Origin: Lophium mytilinum
Lineage: Eukaryota
Direction: 5' to 3'
Length of the DNA: 64,000 bases
Assembly (NCBI GenBank): GCA_010093605.1
Contig: MU004186.1
Location: 79,765-143,764 of the forward strand
Part shown: positions 48,387 to 62,425 of the stretch, one piece after another
Position numbering within the stretch: the stretch's first letter is position 1
How the letters are laid out: each line of letters begins with the position of its first letter
Notes under the pieces: generated by a model
The model's input: the letters and a program-made list of their open reading frames with translations, nothing else
The model's database searches: none
Told to the model about the DNA's origin: nothing
Position numbers and translations under genes: made by a program

Positions 48387-51300
48387 GGAGGTCGAGACTG
48401 TGTTGTGCGGCAGTCAGAGATGGAGCTGCGGAGGGTAGGCCGCGAGCGCAATTGGTGATGACTTATTAGCAACGACTGGAATTCACTTCGACGTTGACGT
48501 CGGTGACAGAGCTACGGCGGAAGGTCCCCACCAGCCTCGCTTGTGCGACCAATGGCCTGATTCTGCTTATTCATCTGATCTCGGAATGTTTTTCGTGAGG
48601 TTGAGGAAATTCGGCGACGGCGAGAATTTCCATCCCAATTTCGATCCCCACGGTCCAGATCAACGAAAACTCAGTCCCCAGCAGCGGGGTTAGCTGGAGG
48701 CTAACAATATTGTGCTTCACGCACGTCGCAGTCCGGGGAACAGTGGAGCCCGTGAGGGCAGGACGTTCCGCATGTCTCTCAAAGTACCCTCACGTAGCTT
48801 TTGTACCGCGAGGTCCTCCGTCGGCGCACTCCGTCCCTATTATCGAAGCTTCCAGCCGACGTCGCCGCCGCCAGCCCTGTATAGCCTCCCACCTCTATCT
48901 CCCCGCAGCCCAACGCTTGATTGCCAGCCCTCCATGACAGCTCAACACCACAGCTAGGACCCCTCACTGCCCATCTGCCCCTCAGTGCCGATCCCTCAGA
49001 CCCTGAGGAGACAACGGCGTGTGGCGGAACGGGAAGCACGGTTCGAGACCGACCCTGCACGACGTTTCGTTATCCTTCGCTGCCCTCCTTCGAGCGTGTC
49101 CGTCTGCCGATCCAGCCTTCACATGCACCTCCTGCAGTCCCAACACAACATACTTCAGCCAAGTCGAGCCAGCCATGCGCCGCCCAAACCATGGCGCAAC
49201 GCCGCCGGGGTCGCACCCCTCCTCCTAAAACGGGTAGGAGCTTGGGCATATACACCTTAGTGATGGAGGTGGAGGAGCAGCGATAAAAGCCCTGCGCCGG
49301 AAATGCTACTCCACGGGGCTCCGATTAGGTTTGCATGCAGACGTGGCTGCAGATGCCGAGGACACCGTTCCCTTTGCCTCTGCATCGCCTCGCTTGAGCG
49401 GCGACGGCGCGATGCGGAGAGCATTCGAGGTGGTAATATTTGCTGCAGTTCTGTGACTGACCAGCGCGACAGACCCTCCCATGGTCTGATCCACTCCACT
49501 GTTCTCCACCCCCATATCAGCAGCAGCACCACTGACGTTCACGTTCACCAAAAGCAGCAAAACACCGCCCGCTCTCCTCACACTTACGATTGTGAATTAA
49601 GATTCAGCGGGGCCTGCATCAACGCCCACCTTGCAATCAGCCGCTCTCGACGCATCCAAACCCAAACATCCAGACAGCCTCCTGCACCCCGGCCGCGCGC
49701 CTATCTCGAACCCCTCCAGCGTGCCAACCTACCATGCCCTCTAGCCAGGGCCTACATGAGAAAGCCGGACGGCGCTCCGCTATGCGGCGGCAAGCATCAT
49801 GCCGGTCATTACCAATTGAAACGGCCCCATATCCGACACCCCGAGATGGAGACTGGGGCAGGGCAGGACAGGACTAGAATTGACCAGGCCACGGACGCGA
49901 GAACGCGCACCGGAAAACGCCACAACACCATAGAGAAAATCTTACCTCTCCATCCCCAACCCCCCATCGCCCAACGATAAGCGGCGCACAAACCGCGCGA
50001 GGGGCAAAAAAATGGCGACACCCCATCAGCACACCACGGTAGGATCGGCCCAGCGCACACGTATGCGCGACGGGGGAAAAAAATTTGCATCCACACCTCT
50101 CTCTTTCCGTGGTGTTGAGGGGAAGGGGTCTAGGCAAATTAAACCTAGAACGAGCCTCCGATTCCGCCATCTCACAACCCCGGCGGTCGGCTTACCGTTT
50201 CCAGCACGCGCGCGTTGTAAGCGGCGCATGGCTGGGCACCTGGGGTTCGTCGTTCTGCGCTCCAGGGCTGGGTCCTCTCGCACGACATCCGCCTGCCACA
50301 CTTTTGCAAGAGCAGGACGACGCCGCTGCAGGGTGAGGGCTCGGCTCGGGATCTATCGTCTTAGTCCTTTCGGCGTGCACGTCGCCCAGGCCGCTATCGA
50401 CGGGTACGGCTTGCGGGCACGAGGAGGGAGGGACCCCCTTTGCGCGCCGATCAGGGCTGTCCCGATGGAAAGGTAAATCAGGGTTCTCAGGGTCTTTGAA
50501 TCCGCTTTGACACTCATGAGTGTGAATTTTCCACCATCGCGGTCAGGAAAACAGTCGTCTCAGCCTATCGAGTTATCGTAGTAGTATCAGCAGAGGTAAG
50601 CCCACTATCTCTCCCCCAGCCTCAGGCCGTGAAACCAAGAATGCCGACATCGGCATCCGTCGTGCTGCCTCCCGCAACGCGCTCGTTTGAGGTTTTGCTT
50701 GCAAAGTCACACAGCAGAAAGCCATGCAGGTCGCAAGCGACGCGACGAATTGAACTCGCTGGGGGCCCAACCAGTAGCCTCAGAACAATCTACAATTCAC
50801 TCGTCTACGGATTGCCCCAGGAAGGGAGTACACGTATCAAACACATGCCTCGCACCACAAATGAACCGTGAGACCATTTCCTCCATATGGACTTCATTCA
50901 CTACGGACCACGGATTCGCAGCACATCCGCCGCTACTTGAAGAAGCGTTTGAGCAAATTGCAGGAGACCTCGGAGCGACTCCGAGTCCTGCTTCTTAACA
51001 GTGAAGGAACTGGACTGGAGCCATTTTAGACTAGACTAGATAGAGGCACTTAAAAAAAGCATTAGACTGGACTAAGATTCTATTTCGATAGAGTGGATTT
51101 AAGGCTATAGATAATCCTAGAGCTCTAGTTATATATATAGATATACTTATATAGTATTAAGGTTAATTTTTATAAGGCTTAGAGGTCCGCAACACCTTAG
51201 TAGTTTATAATTCTTAGCCCCTTATTAGCTAACCTATATTCTAAGCTAACTAACTAGCCTATAATACTAGCCTTACTATTTTTATACTTACTATTTTTAT

Positions 51301-51468
51301 TTATACTTACTATTTTCTATATACTTACTATACTCTATATACTTTTTATTTTCTATATACTTTCTATTTTACTTAGTATATAGCTAAGGCGTTAATTAAG
51401 GTTATCTACTATAGATTTTAATATTATCTATTAATTCTATTAATACTAATAACTTTATTACTATAGCG

Positions 51469-51530
51469 TATACTTATTACTATACTTATTACTATACTTA
51501 TTACTATACTTATTACTATACTTATTACTA
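51469..51530. repeat. 12-bp tandem repeat (TATACTTATTAC), 5 copies
   Basis: Read directly from the sequence; lies inside the hAT element. Confidence 0.85.
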
Positions 51531-52930
51531 CGCTACTATTATAGCTAAGAGTTACCTACTTTTTTAATACTTAATTACCTCTATACTTAGTACTTAACCC
51601 TCTAGTTATATTTCTTCTACTATTATTCTAGCCCCTATATTAATTAATCTAGCTTATAATATTACTATAAACCTAGACTATATTTATATTAATAGAAGAA
51701 TATATACTTAGTATATATAACTAGCTAAGCCTATATAGGCTATAAAGTAATATATCTTATATATATAGAACTAGAGTAAAAATATCTATTTAAAAAATAG
51801 GCTCTTAAAGTAATCTAATCTTTATTATTACTACCTCTATAAGAGAGAGAAGTAAAAGTAGAAGCTTTCTATTATTTCTATAGGTAGGTTAACTATAATA
51901 GATTACCTTATTAAGGTATATAAGCTAGATAAGGAAATAAATATATTCTAAATATTAGAATAAGAACCTTTACTAAAGTATACTACTATAAAGTTACTTT
52001 ATATTATATTAAATTTTAAAACCCTTAAGAGCCTACTAATTTAATAGGTTATCTACTACTATATTACCTTCTTCTAATTTAAAAATATATACTTCTAATA
52101 AGTACTAGATTTTCTAGCCTTAGGCATTCTTAAATATATACCTAAGGCTAGTAAGATAATTTAAAAGTAGATAATAAATATATAGAAGAAAAGAAAAAAT
52201 ATACTAAAATATATCTATTTATTAATATATTACTATTTACTATTATATTACCTTTTTATTATCTCTAACCTTCTATAGATATAAACTTAAGACCGCGCAT
52301 AGTACTATATCTATCTTCTTTAATCTTTAAATATTACTAAATAGATACTTTATTATAGGTGTTTATTTCTACTTTATTAATAAGGCCGGGTAATAGTATA
52401 TAGCGGTTGCAGCACTTTAAAAGGTACTTAGTAAGTATAGTAGAGAAAATATTATATATAGCTTATTAGTAGTAATATAGAACTATAGTATATAAAAGAA
52501 TATTAGCTTCTTTATAGAAGATAATGCAATAAATAATAATAATAGTATAGATACTATACTATAGATACTATACCTATAAATAACTATTAAATAATAGAAG
52601 GTATATTAATAATATCTTATAGGCGCTTTATCTATTAATAATAACTAACTAATAGTAGGCACGCTAGCTATAGTACTTTAGCTATATTATTAACCTATAC
52701 GCATAGAATTTTATTATTAAAAAGAATACTAATAGAATCTATTAATAAATTAAGGCTGCATATATAAATTAAAATTATAGTAAGGTTTAATAGCTTTAGA
52801 AGAAGTATAGAGCTATTAAATTAATATAGAATATTATCTAATATATCTATAATAGTTTTTAGTAATATAGTATCTTCTATTATATATAAAAGAGTAGTTC
52901 TCTTATAGAATAGAATAGGCTTAAGGTATA

Positions 52931-53308
52931 TATTTATTCTTTCTATTTATTAATTAGTCTTTCTATTACTATTTAGCCTTACTATAACTATTTTACTATA
53001 TACTTCTTATTTTACTATAGACTTTCTATTTTACTATATACTTCCCGTTTTACTATATACCTCTAGTATTTATTTTTTCTATTTATTAATTAGTTTTTCT
53101 ATTACTATTTAGCCTTACTATAATTATATAGACTTTCTATTTAGCTATATATACTTTCTATTTTACTATATACTTCTTATTTTACTATATACCTCTAGTA
53201 TTTATTCTTTTTATTTATTAATTAGTTCTTCTATTACTATTAGCCTTACTATAATTATATAGACTTTCTATTTAGCTATATATACTTTCTATTTAGCTAT
53301 ATATACCT
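52931..53308. repeat. ~130-bp tandem repeat, 3 copies, with internal ~19-bp subunits
   Basis: Units starting tatttatt.ttt.tatttattaattag at about 52931, 53067 and 53199; subunit ttctattttactatatac. Confidence 0.8.
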
Positions 53309-54173
53309 TAAAAGAATAAAGATATAAAGTATATAGTAAAATAGAAGGCTATATAGTTATAGTTATTATATTATTTCTTAGTATTCTCTTAGTAGTTATT
53401 AAGGTTAGGGGTTTTTATATGCACGGACATTATATAATCTCCGGGCCGAGAGTTCTTCTAGCGCCTAAGGTTCTACCGGCGCCTAGAGTTTTACCGGCGT
53501 GTACTTAACTATATAGTAGGCTTATAGCTAGAGCCTTTTTTCTCTCTATATAACCTTATTAATAGTAATATAACTCTTTTCTTAGCTATAAACCTAATAT
53601 AGTAAGGCTAAATTAATACTACTAAAGCTTTACTAACTAATTATACCTCTATACTATACCTTTATAGAGTAGCTACTAACGCGTTAATAGCTTATCTAGA
53701 ATAACTAAACCTATTAAAACTTATTATTTATAGCTATTAGTTATTTTCTTAACTATTATAAGTATATATAAGAGTTTTATAATATATATATTCTACTAAA
53801 TAGCGCTAAAAAGCTTAAAAATAATAATATTCTTATAGAAACTTAATAGTAATAGCTTAAGTACCTATATATAAATCTAGAGCTATTCTATAAGACTATC
53901 TTAATAGTAGAGGGCTAGAAGATATTACTTACTAATTACTTTATAACTCTTAACTAGTTAGTTAATATACTTAACGCGTTAAGAAATAACTTTATAGACC
54001 TTTTATAAAAAGTATAATAATATATTAAGACTAATATATATTAGTATATATCTCTTTCTTTCTACTACTAATAGAATAAGCTAATAGGTAGTAGGTATCT
54101 ATCTAATTACGCCTTAATAGTATAGAATAAGGCTAATAAGTACTATTTTTTAACTAATAAGGAATTACCTATA

Positions 54174-54393
54174 TATTATAGCTGTAATGTAACCTCTATT
54201 ATAATATATTTCTAATATATATAATAGTATTATATACTCTCTAGTATATAATTACTATTATATAACTAGGCTTAGCGCTAGCCTTACCTACCTCTTAGCT
54301 AGCGCTCTGCGCCCTTCTCTCTCTTTTATAGCTATTTTATCTATATATACTAATATTAGGTCTTTTCTTATAATCTACTATTATACTATAATA
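54174..54393 (+). repeat. 5' LTR (220 bp)
   Basis: Colinear with 62206-62425; TA...TA termini, as expected for RIP-converted TG...CA. Confidence 0.93.
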
Positions 54394-57300
54394 TAAAGTA
54401 GCTACTCTTCTAGCTTCTAGAAGTTTCTAGAAGTATTTTTTTCTATCTATCTACCTACCTATATATATACCTAGCTAATTTAATAGGCTAAAATTTTAAT
54501 ATATAAACCTAATACCCTCTATATTAATATAAGGGAGGCTTAAAAAAAGGCTCTATAATCTTATAGTAAGAACTCTATATACCCCGCTAATTAGAGGCGC
54601 GCAGGCCCTATATACCTACTTACTATTACGCGTAACTAACTAATATAAGCGTAGTTACTTTCTACTAATAGAGTAAGAACTATATATACCCTATTAGTAA
54701 TAGGCTAGTATATAGGCTCTATATACCTACTTACTACTATTATATATAACTAACTAGTCTATATATAGTTATTCTATTTTTATTTACTAATTAAAGGCAG
54801 CCGCTAAGTATAGTACTAGCTACTCTAGAAAGTATACCTACTTCTAAGCTTTTATAGAGAACCTATACTCTCTACCTTATACTAATCTTTCTTATTAGAT
54901 AGTTAATAAATACTTACTAGTAAAGATATAAATAATACCCCTAAGACTAGCTATACTAAGCTATAGTAGAAAAACTCTAACCCTATATAGTATAGCTATA
55001 CTAAGCGCGCAGCCTATAGATTTACCTTCCGGCGGTAAAGCTAATAAGTATCTAGTTATTCTTACTTATACTTCTACTCTCCCCTTTAATCTATAAGCTA
55101 TTTAATCTACTTTTATATTTAACTCTTAAGAGGCGCATAAGCTTAATTACTAAGAAAAGAAAGCCGCCTATAAAATAGGCGGCGGAGGAGTATTATAATA
55201 CTAACTAACTATAACTCTAGAAGCTCTTACTACGCGCGCTAAGAAATTTAATAATCTAGAACTAGATATTTACCTTCTACTAAATTAATTTAGTACTAAT
55301 CTACTATAGAGCTAAGCCTATTATAACCTTACTAACTCTACTAAGTAGAATACTAATAATAAGGCCTATATAGATTAAAGCAAAGATAAAGAGAACTTTA
55401 AGTTATTTACTAAAATATCTATACCTTAAGCTATCTAATTTACTAAACCTCTAGTTAACCTAACTACTTTATTCTTCTTTTAAATTCTAATTACCTTAAA
55501 GGACTAGGTTATTACCTCTACTACTAATACTATTATAATTCTAAATATCTACCCTAGCTAAGAATAGCCTAATATAGCTAACGCAGGCGCAAGTTCTACT
55601 AGAACTAGCGGCTAACTACCTAATTATTAATAGTCCCTTCTTATAGATAATAATAATAGCATAGTCTTTACTATTAACTAAGCTAGAAATAGCTAATCTA
55701 TTAATATTACTATTAATAATGTAGAAGAGCTCTATAATATAGCTTAAGATAAATATATTAGTATTTATGCTACACTACTTAACTATTACTAAGAACTAGG
55801 TAAGTTATATAAAGATATTAGAAATATAGTAGTAGCTATTTAATAGAAAGATAATAAGATTATATAACTTTAAAAATAGAATGCAGGTATATTAAATAAG
55901 GTTAAACTTAAAAACCTCTATAACTAATATATAAAGCTCTATTACTAGGTAGCTAAAATATATACTAACGCTACTAACTTTACTAATAAGCGTAATTACC
56001 TTACTAAGTAGCTAGTAGATAAGTATAAGAAGAATAATATTTAGGCTATTTTTATTACTAAGCTTAGTATTAAGATTAAAGGCCTTACTACTAAGGTAGC
56101 TAAGGTTACCTTTTACCGCGATTAATACTAATAGTAGCGTAATACCTTCTATGCCTAAGGTATAGAATATAAGAAGAAGTATAAGTAAGCTATATAGTAG
56201 TAACTCTAAATGCACTTCTAATAAGATAACGCTACTATCTATAGTAACTATAGCTACCTCTCTAATAAAGGTAATAATAATAAGCTATCTAACTATAACT
56301 ACTTTACCTAGCCTAACTTCTTATATAATCTAAACGCCTAACTTACTATAAACTTATATTAGCTATATACTAAGTTCTATAATCTATAGAAGTTTAAAGA
56401 ATATAATAACTAGTCTAAGTATAAATTATAGAAAGCTTACGCCTATACTATCTTCTATAATAAGCCTTAAGACTTCTATAATAAATAAGCTAAGCTTAAG
56501 TATATTAAATTATACTATATAGAATTTACTAATAGTGTAGTATATAATTGCACCTAATAGAACCGCCCTATAAATAATAACTTTAAAATAGTTAAAGAGA
56601 TATTTAAGATAATAGACCCTTACTTTATAATTAAAGATAAGGCTATAGCTATAAATAATAAGCTCTATAGCTAGTAGGCGTATATAAAGTATAATAAAAA
56701 ATAGTCTATTTTTCTTCTTTAATTCTAGAAAATAATTTCTATAGATAATAATAGAGAGATAGACTTTATTAATTAAAAGGGATAGCTTAAGCACCTTATT
56801 ACCTCTAAACTCTAGACTTAGGTCTTTAGCGCCGCTAATAACTATATATTCTAGCTAGAACTAGTTACTACTATTAACCGCGCAGTATTATATCTTGCTA
56901 GTAAGTGTAAATACGCCCGCAAATAGTAATATTCTAATAGCCCTTTCTAGAATAATAGTAATAGCTTAAAATACACTAATAAGCTATTTACTAATAAGTC
57001 TAATTATAGCTTCTAATAGGACTTTAACTATAACTCTAAGATATACTTATTATATTCTATTATAGATAATAGCTTACGCCGCTAAGACTATAATAGTAAT
57101 ACCCGCTGTATTTATCTCCCTTCTATAGTAACTAAAGTCCTTAGTAAATAGAATAAGAATATCTACTATAACTATCTTAAAATAGAATATTATGTATTAA
57201 ATCGCGACTATTTCTATATAAAGAACGTCCCTCCCTCTAAGAAGATAGTATAATAATACCTTATCTATTTCTAAAAAGGGCTAGATTTAAAGCTCTCTAT

Positions 57301-60300
57301 AATTTACTATATAGATAATTCTATATTTAATATTAAGCCTAGTAACGCCCTTACTACTATTAACTATAATAGTAGTAATAATAACGCTATATAAGAAAAC
57401 TTTTTAGATAGTAAGAATTTTCTCTAGGCTCTAACTATAGTTATAGTTAGAGTCTAGTAGATATTTATCTAAGTATATTAGTCGCCTATATTTATAAACT
57501 AGAGTAACTACCCTCTAAGCTAGATAAACTCTAGCTCTTAGCCTATACTATTAATTCTTCTAAGAAAGTTATATAAGAAAAATAGCTTAACTTTAAATAT
57601 AGAATCTATACTTCTACTACTAGCATTATTAATAGTAGATACTTAATAGATATAGGCTACTTATATCTAGCTTTTATATTATATATATTTATAAAAATCT
57701 ATAAGCTTATAATAGTTCTAATTATAAAGCTAATACTACTGCGCCTTACTAATAGCTAGTTAATACTTATAGTTACGCATAAAGCTTAAATTACGCTATT
57801 ACTTAGAGCCTATATTAAATATCTATAGTGCTATATTACTAACCTTTAGGGCTATAATATTATTCTTAGTATACCTTAGTTTAAGTAATATAAGCCGCGT
57901 TCTATATAGAGAGAATATATACTAGATTTTAACTCTAACTACTATATAAGTAACTATCTATATATAGATAGCTACTAATATATCTAGAGTAATAGCTATA
58001 ACTAAGATATTACCTATAAAGAAAAAAAGCTATATAATAGTACTCTATATAAAATTATTAACTATTACTATAAGCTTAGCCTTAACCTTAATAAAGCTAA
58101 TAACTTTCTTACTAAATACTAGAAGCTTACCCGTAAAGGTAAGAAAGACGCTATTATCTAACTATAGAATAATAACTTTAATAAGCTTAATACCTATAAG
58201 AATAAAGCTACTTATACTATAGCTAATAATTCTACTCTCTATAGGCTTACTAAGCTTAATAATGCTTTAGCTAAGAAATAAGCTATATTTATATCTAACC
58301 TATTTATAATTAACCTAGCTAACTATAGAAAGTTCTTTAATAAAATAAATAGGCCTTCTATTACTAATAAAGAGATTAAGTAGCTTCTTCTAGATTAGCT
58401 TTATTATCTCTATAACGCCTAGAACCCCTAAGCAGCTAATATATTACCCCCTTACTATAATATAGATTATATAATTAACCTCTAGCCTAATAGTAAGCCG
58501 CCTATATAGAAGGTCTATAGCCTCTCTAGAGACTAAGCTACTATTATAAAAGTATTTATTAATAAAATACGCTCTAAAAGCTTTATTTAACTAAGCTTAT
58601 TCTTCTTTACTACCCCTATACTTATTATTAAGAAACCTAGAGGCGGCCTTTATATCTATATAGACTATAGAGGACTAAATAATATTATAATTAAGAGCTA
58701 TAATATACTACCTTTTATTAAAGATACGCTTATACTACTAGCTAAAGCTAAATACTATACTAAGCTAGATATTATTAGCGCTTTTAATACCCTATATATT
58801 AAAGAGGGCGATAAGTATAAAATAGTATTTCTAATATAATAGGGCCTATTTAAATTTATAGTCCTTCTATTTAGCTTATATAATGCCCCTAGTTTATTCT
58901 AAGCCTATATTAATAATATACTCTATAAAGATCTTAACTACTACTATATAGCCTATATAAATAATATACTTATATTTAGTAATAGCCTTAAAGAATATAA
59001 GAAGTATATTATTTCTATAGTTATATAACTAAAAGACGCCGGCCTCTTTCTAGATATTTATAAATCTAAATTTACTATTTAAGAAGTTAAATACTTAGGC
59101 GTTATTATTAGTATTAATAGTATTTATATAGACCCTTATAAGGTCTAAATAGTACTTAACTAGCCTACCTCTAGAAACCTTAAAGATATTTAAGCCTTCT
59201 TAGGTTTCTATAACTTCTATTATTATTTTATTACTAGGTATTCTAAATTTACTATACCCCTTTCTATACTTATATTCTTAGCTAAGAAATTATTTAAGTT
59301 CCCTTAGAAGAATAATAGAGATAAAGTACGCGCGTTTATATATATTAAAGAATACTTTAGAAATACTTCTTAGCTAGCCCTATAGAATCTAGATTATAAA
59401 ATATAGATAGAGTATAACTTCTTAGACTATACTATTACTGCCATGCTATTATAAATATAACTAGACGGCACCTTATAACCTATTACTTTTATATTATAAA
59501 GAATAACGCTATAGTAAATTAATTATACTATCTATAATAAAGAACTTCTTACTATTATCTTAGTATTTAAAGACTAGCGCCTAGAACTAGCTAGCTAAGG
59601 CTAGAAGTATAGCAGCCCTATTAATATTATATCTAACTATAAGAATCTTTAAACGTTTATAATAACTAAGCGCCTTAATTACTATTAGGCCCGCTAGGCT
59701 AAATTCTTAGCTAAATTTAACTTTAAGATTATATATAAACCTAGTAAACTTAATAATAAACTAGATCTTCTTACTAGGTAACCTAGTAATAAACTATCTA
59801 AAGGTAACGCTTACTATAACTATTAGAAGTAAGTTATACTTAAACCTACTAACTATAAGCCTAATATATATTACGCCGTTAACTTAGCCTATATATTTAC
59901 TAAGAACGCTCTAGAGTATATAGTTATAGATCTTACCTTAATACTCTATAACCTTAGTAAATTTAATTAATCTAACAGCGCTAATAAACTTTAGCTTATA
60001 GTTACTTGCACTAGATAAATATAATTATAACTAGAGCCCCTAGATAAGATAAAGGATTCTAGAATAACCTCTATAGTAAGAGATAAGATAAAGAATTCTT
60101 CTACTAATAATAGATAAGCTTCTAATGCTAAGCTATATAATATATTAAAGCTAGTTCTAACTAGTAATTAAATACTATAATAAGTAAAGAAAGCCTTTTA
60201 AACTAATTCTATTATATAAGCAATTAAATACGCTAAATAATATAATAAATAATAACTACTAATATAATTCTACTAAGACTACTACTTATAAATTAAGCTT

Positions 60301-62205
60301 AGGGATTATAATATAATTAATAACTTTCTCTATATTTAGAAGAAGCTATATATACTAGTTATACTAAAGCTATATACTATAATTATCTAATCTATATATA
60401 AATCTAAACTAGCTAGTTATACTAAAATAACTTCTATATACGCTAGGCTAAGTAATTACTATTACTAGCCTCTTATAATATCTAATATTAATTAGTACGT
60501 AGGTGCTTATATAACTTATTAGCGCTTAAAGTACTTTAGAGAAGGTAAGTAAGGCCTTCTTTACCTACTACTAATTCCGCATTACTACTAGTATAATATC
60601 TTAGTTAATTTTATTAGACCGCTACCTATCTATAAATAATAGGGTAGGTAATATAAGTATATTATAGTTATAGTTAATTAACTATCTAAGAAGAGAAAGT
60701 TTATTCTACTTAATTCTATAGAAGTTAAGCTAGTTATTTAAGTATTTATTAAATAGGTTTAGTATAAGAAAGATTATCTATATACTATTATATTTAATTA
60801 AGGCGCGCAGTTTATATTATATTTCTAGAAACGCCTCTACGCCTATATTAGTATCTTACCTAAGTTATTCTTATTATTTTACCCTAAAATAGATAGCTAG
60901 ACTAAGATTACTAATATAGTACTTAAGTAATATCTACGCGCCTATATTAACTATAAGTAAGATAACTAAATAGATCTTCTATCTATTACTAAATTTAAGG
61001 CTAACTACGCTAAAATAATAATAGGCGTATTACTATTTATAGCTACTAAAGGCTATAACCCGCGCTTAGAACTAGAACTAGTAGATAACTCTATTAAACT
61101 AAAAGGACCCTAGAAATTACTTTAAGAGAAAGCTAACGCCCTAGCTAAGTAGATTAACTAACTCTAGCTCTCTCTATAAGATAAGCTTACCTAGGTCTAA
61201 GTATAATAAGCTTACTATATAAACCTTAAGTATAAGCCTATACCTAAGTTTAAAGTTAGTAATAAGGTTATACTTAATGCTTATAATATTAAGATATAAT
61301 ACCTAAATAAGTTACTTAATTATAAGTAGCTAGGCCCTTATAAGATTATACGCGTTATTAATAATAGCGCCTATAAGCTTATACTACTATAAACTATAAA
61401 AGGACTATTTAATATTTTCTATCTATAGCTACTCTATAGAATTACTTATAAGCCGCTTAAAGAATAGATATATAATAAACCTAGCCCTATTAAAGTTAAC
61501 TAGAAAGGTTTTAAATAATAGAATATAGATAATATTATTAACTTATAGATTAATAAAGTAATAATTAATTCTACTATAAGTAAAAAAGGCCTCTTATAAT
61601 ATAAAATCTAATACACCGGTTACCCTAACTAGAACGCTAAACCTAAGTAGAAATTATATAAAAGTACGTTTAATTACTATAATATTATAATAGACTACTA
61701 TTATTAATACTTTAACGCTGCTAGACCTTATAAGTCTTTTAAGAAACTTAAGTACTAGAAACCCCTACTAGCTATAATTATATTAAGACTATAGAAGTAG
61801 ACCTTAAACTAGATATTACTAAAGCTAACTAGCGCTAGCTAGCTAAGTAATTACTAACTTCTCTAGTTAGAAGACGCTAACCTAGTAGACTACTAGGTAA
61901 TAGATAATATAAAGGTTTATAAGTTTTAACCTCTATACTAATTTATATTACGCCTATATAGTACCTATAGATTATAATATCTATAGTTTATAATACTAAT
62001 AGTTTATAATACTATATAAAAGACTAAAAGAGTTATAAAGAATTATAGTAAGACTATATAATTAATAGAAAGACTAATTAAGGAAGAACTAATTAAGAAA
62101 AGACTAATTAGAAAGAAGTACTTGCGCATAGTAAGTATAAAATAGAAAGGCTAAAGTATAATACTAGAAGAAGCTCTATATATAGTTTCTTTTAGAGGAG
62201 GGTAG

Positions 62206-62425
62206 TATTATAGCTATAATATAACCTTTATTATAATATATTTCTAATATATATAATAGCGTTATATACCCTCTAGTATATAATTACTATTATATAACTA
62301 GGCTTAGTGCTAGCCTTATCTACCTTTTAGCCGGCGCTCCGCGCCCTTCTTTCTTTCTTATAGCTACTTTATCTATATATACTAATATTAAGTCTTCTCT
62401 TATAATCCGCTATTACACTATAATA
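62206..62425 (+). repeat. 3' LTR (220 bp)
   Basis: Colinear with 54174-54393; preceded by a polypurine tract. Confidence 0.93.

Larger units (their letters stand above)
54174..62425 (+). mobile_element. Full-length RIP-inactivated Ty3/Gypsy LTR retrotransposon
   Basis: LTRs 54174-54393 and 62206-62425; TSD CTATA at 54169-54173 and 62426-62430; PPT AGAGGAGGGTAG before the 3' LTR. Relic motifs in Gypsy order: RT KKPRGGLYIYIDYRGLN (~58630) and AYINNILIFS (58951, YxDD), RNase H NYTIYNKELL (59521), integrase FYPKIDS*TK (~60878) and LGPYKI (~61330). Confidence 0.95.

Noticed and set aside
48604..48650. GGAAATTCGG resembling RNase P RNA CR-I
   Set aside because: No matching CR-V at a suitable distance; it is just a local ggaaattc/gaatttcc hairpin.
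49016..49060. tRNA-like A box (TGGCGGAACGG) and B box (GGTTCGAGACC)
   Set aside because: The boxes are only about 6 nt apart, with no anticodon arm or acceptor stem, so a cloverleaf cannot form.
52931..53308. CRISPR-like array
   Set aside because: Eukaryotic context; the units are tandem with no unique spacers and there are no cas genes.
56012..56794. Hydrophobic minus-strand ORFs 56012-56215 and 56510-56794
   Set aside because: I/L/Y-rich artefacts of AT-rich RIP sequence, antisense to the Gypsy interior.
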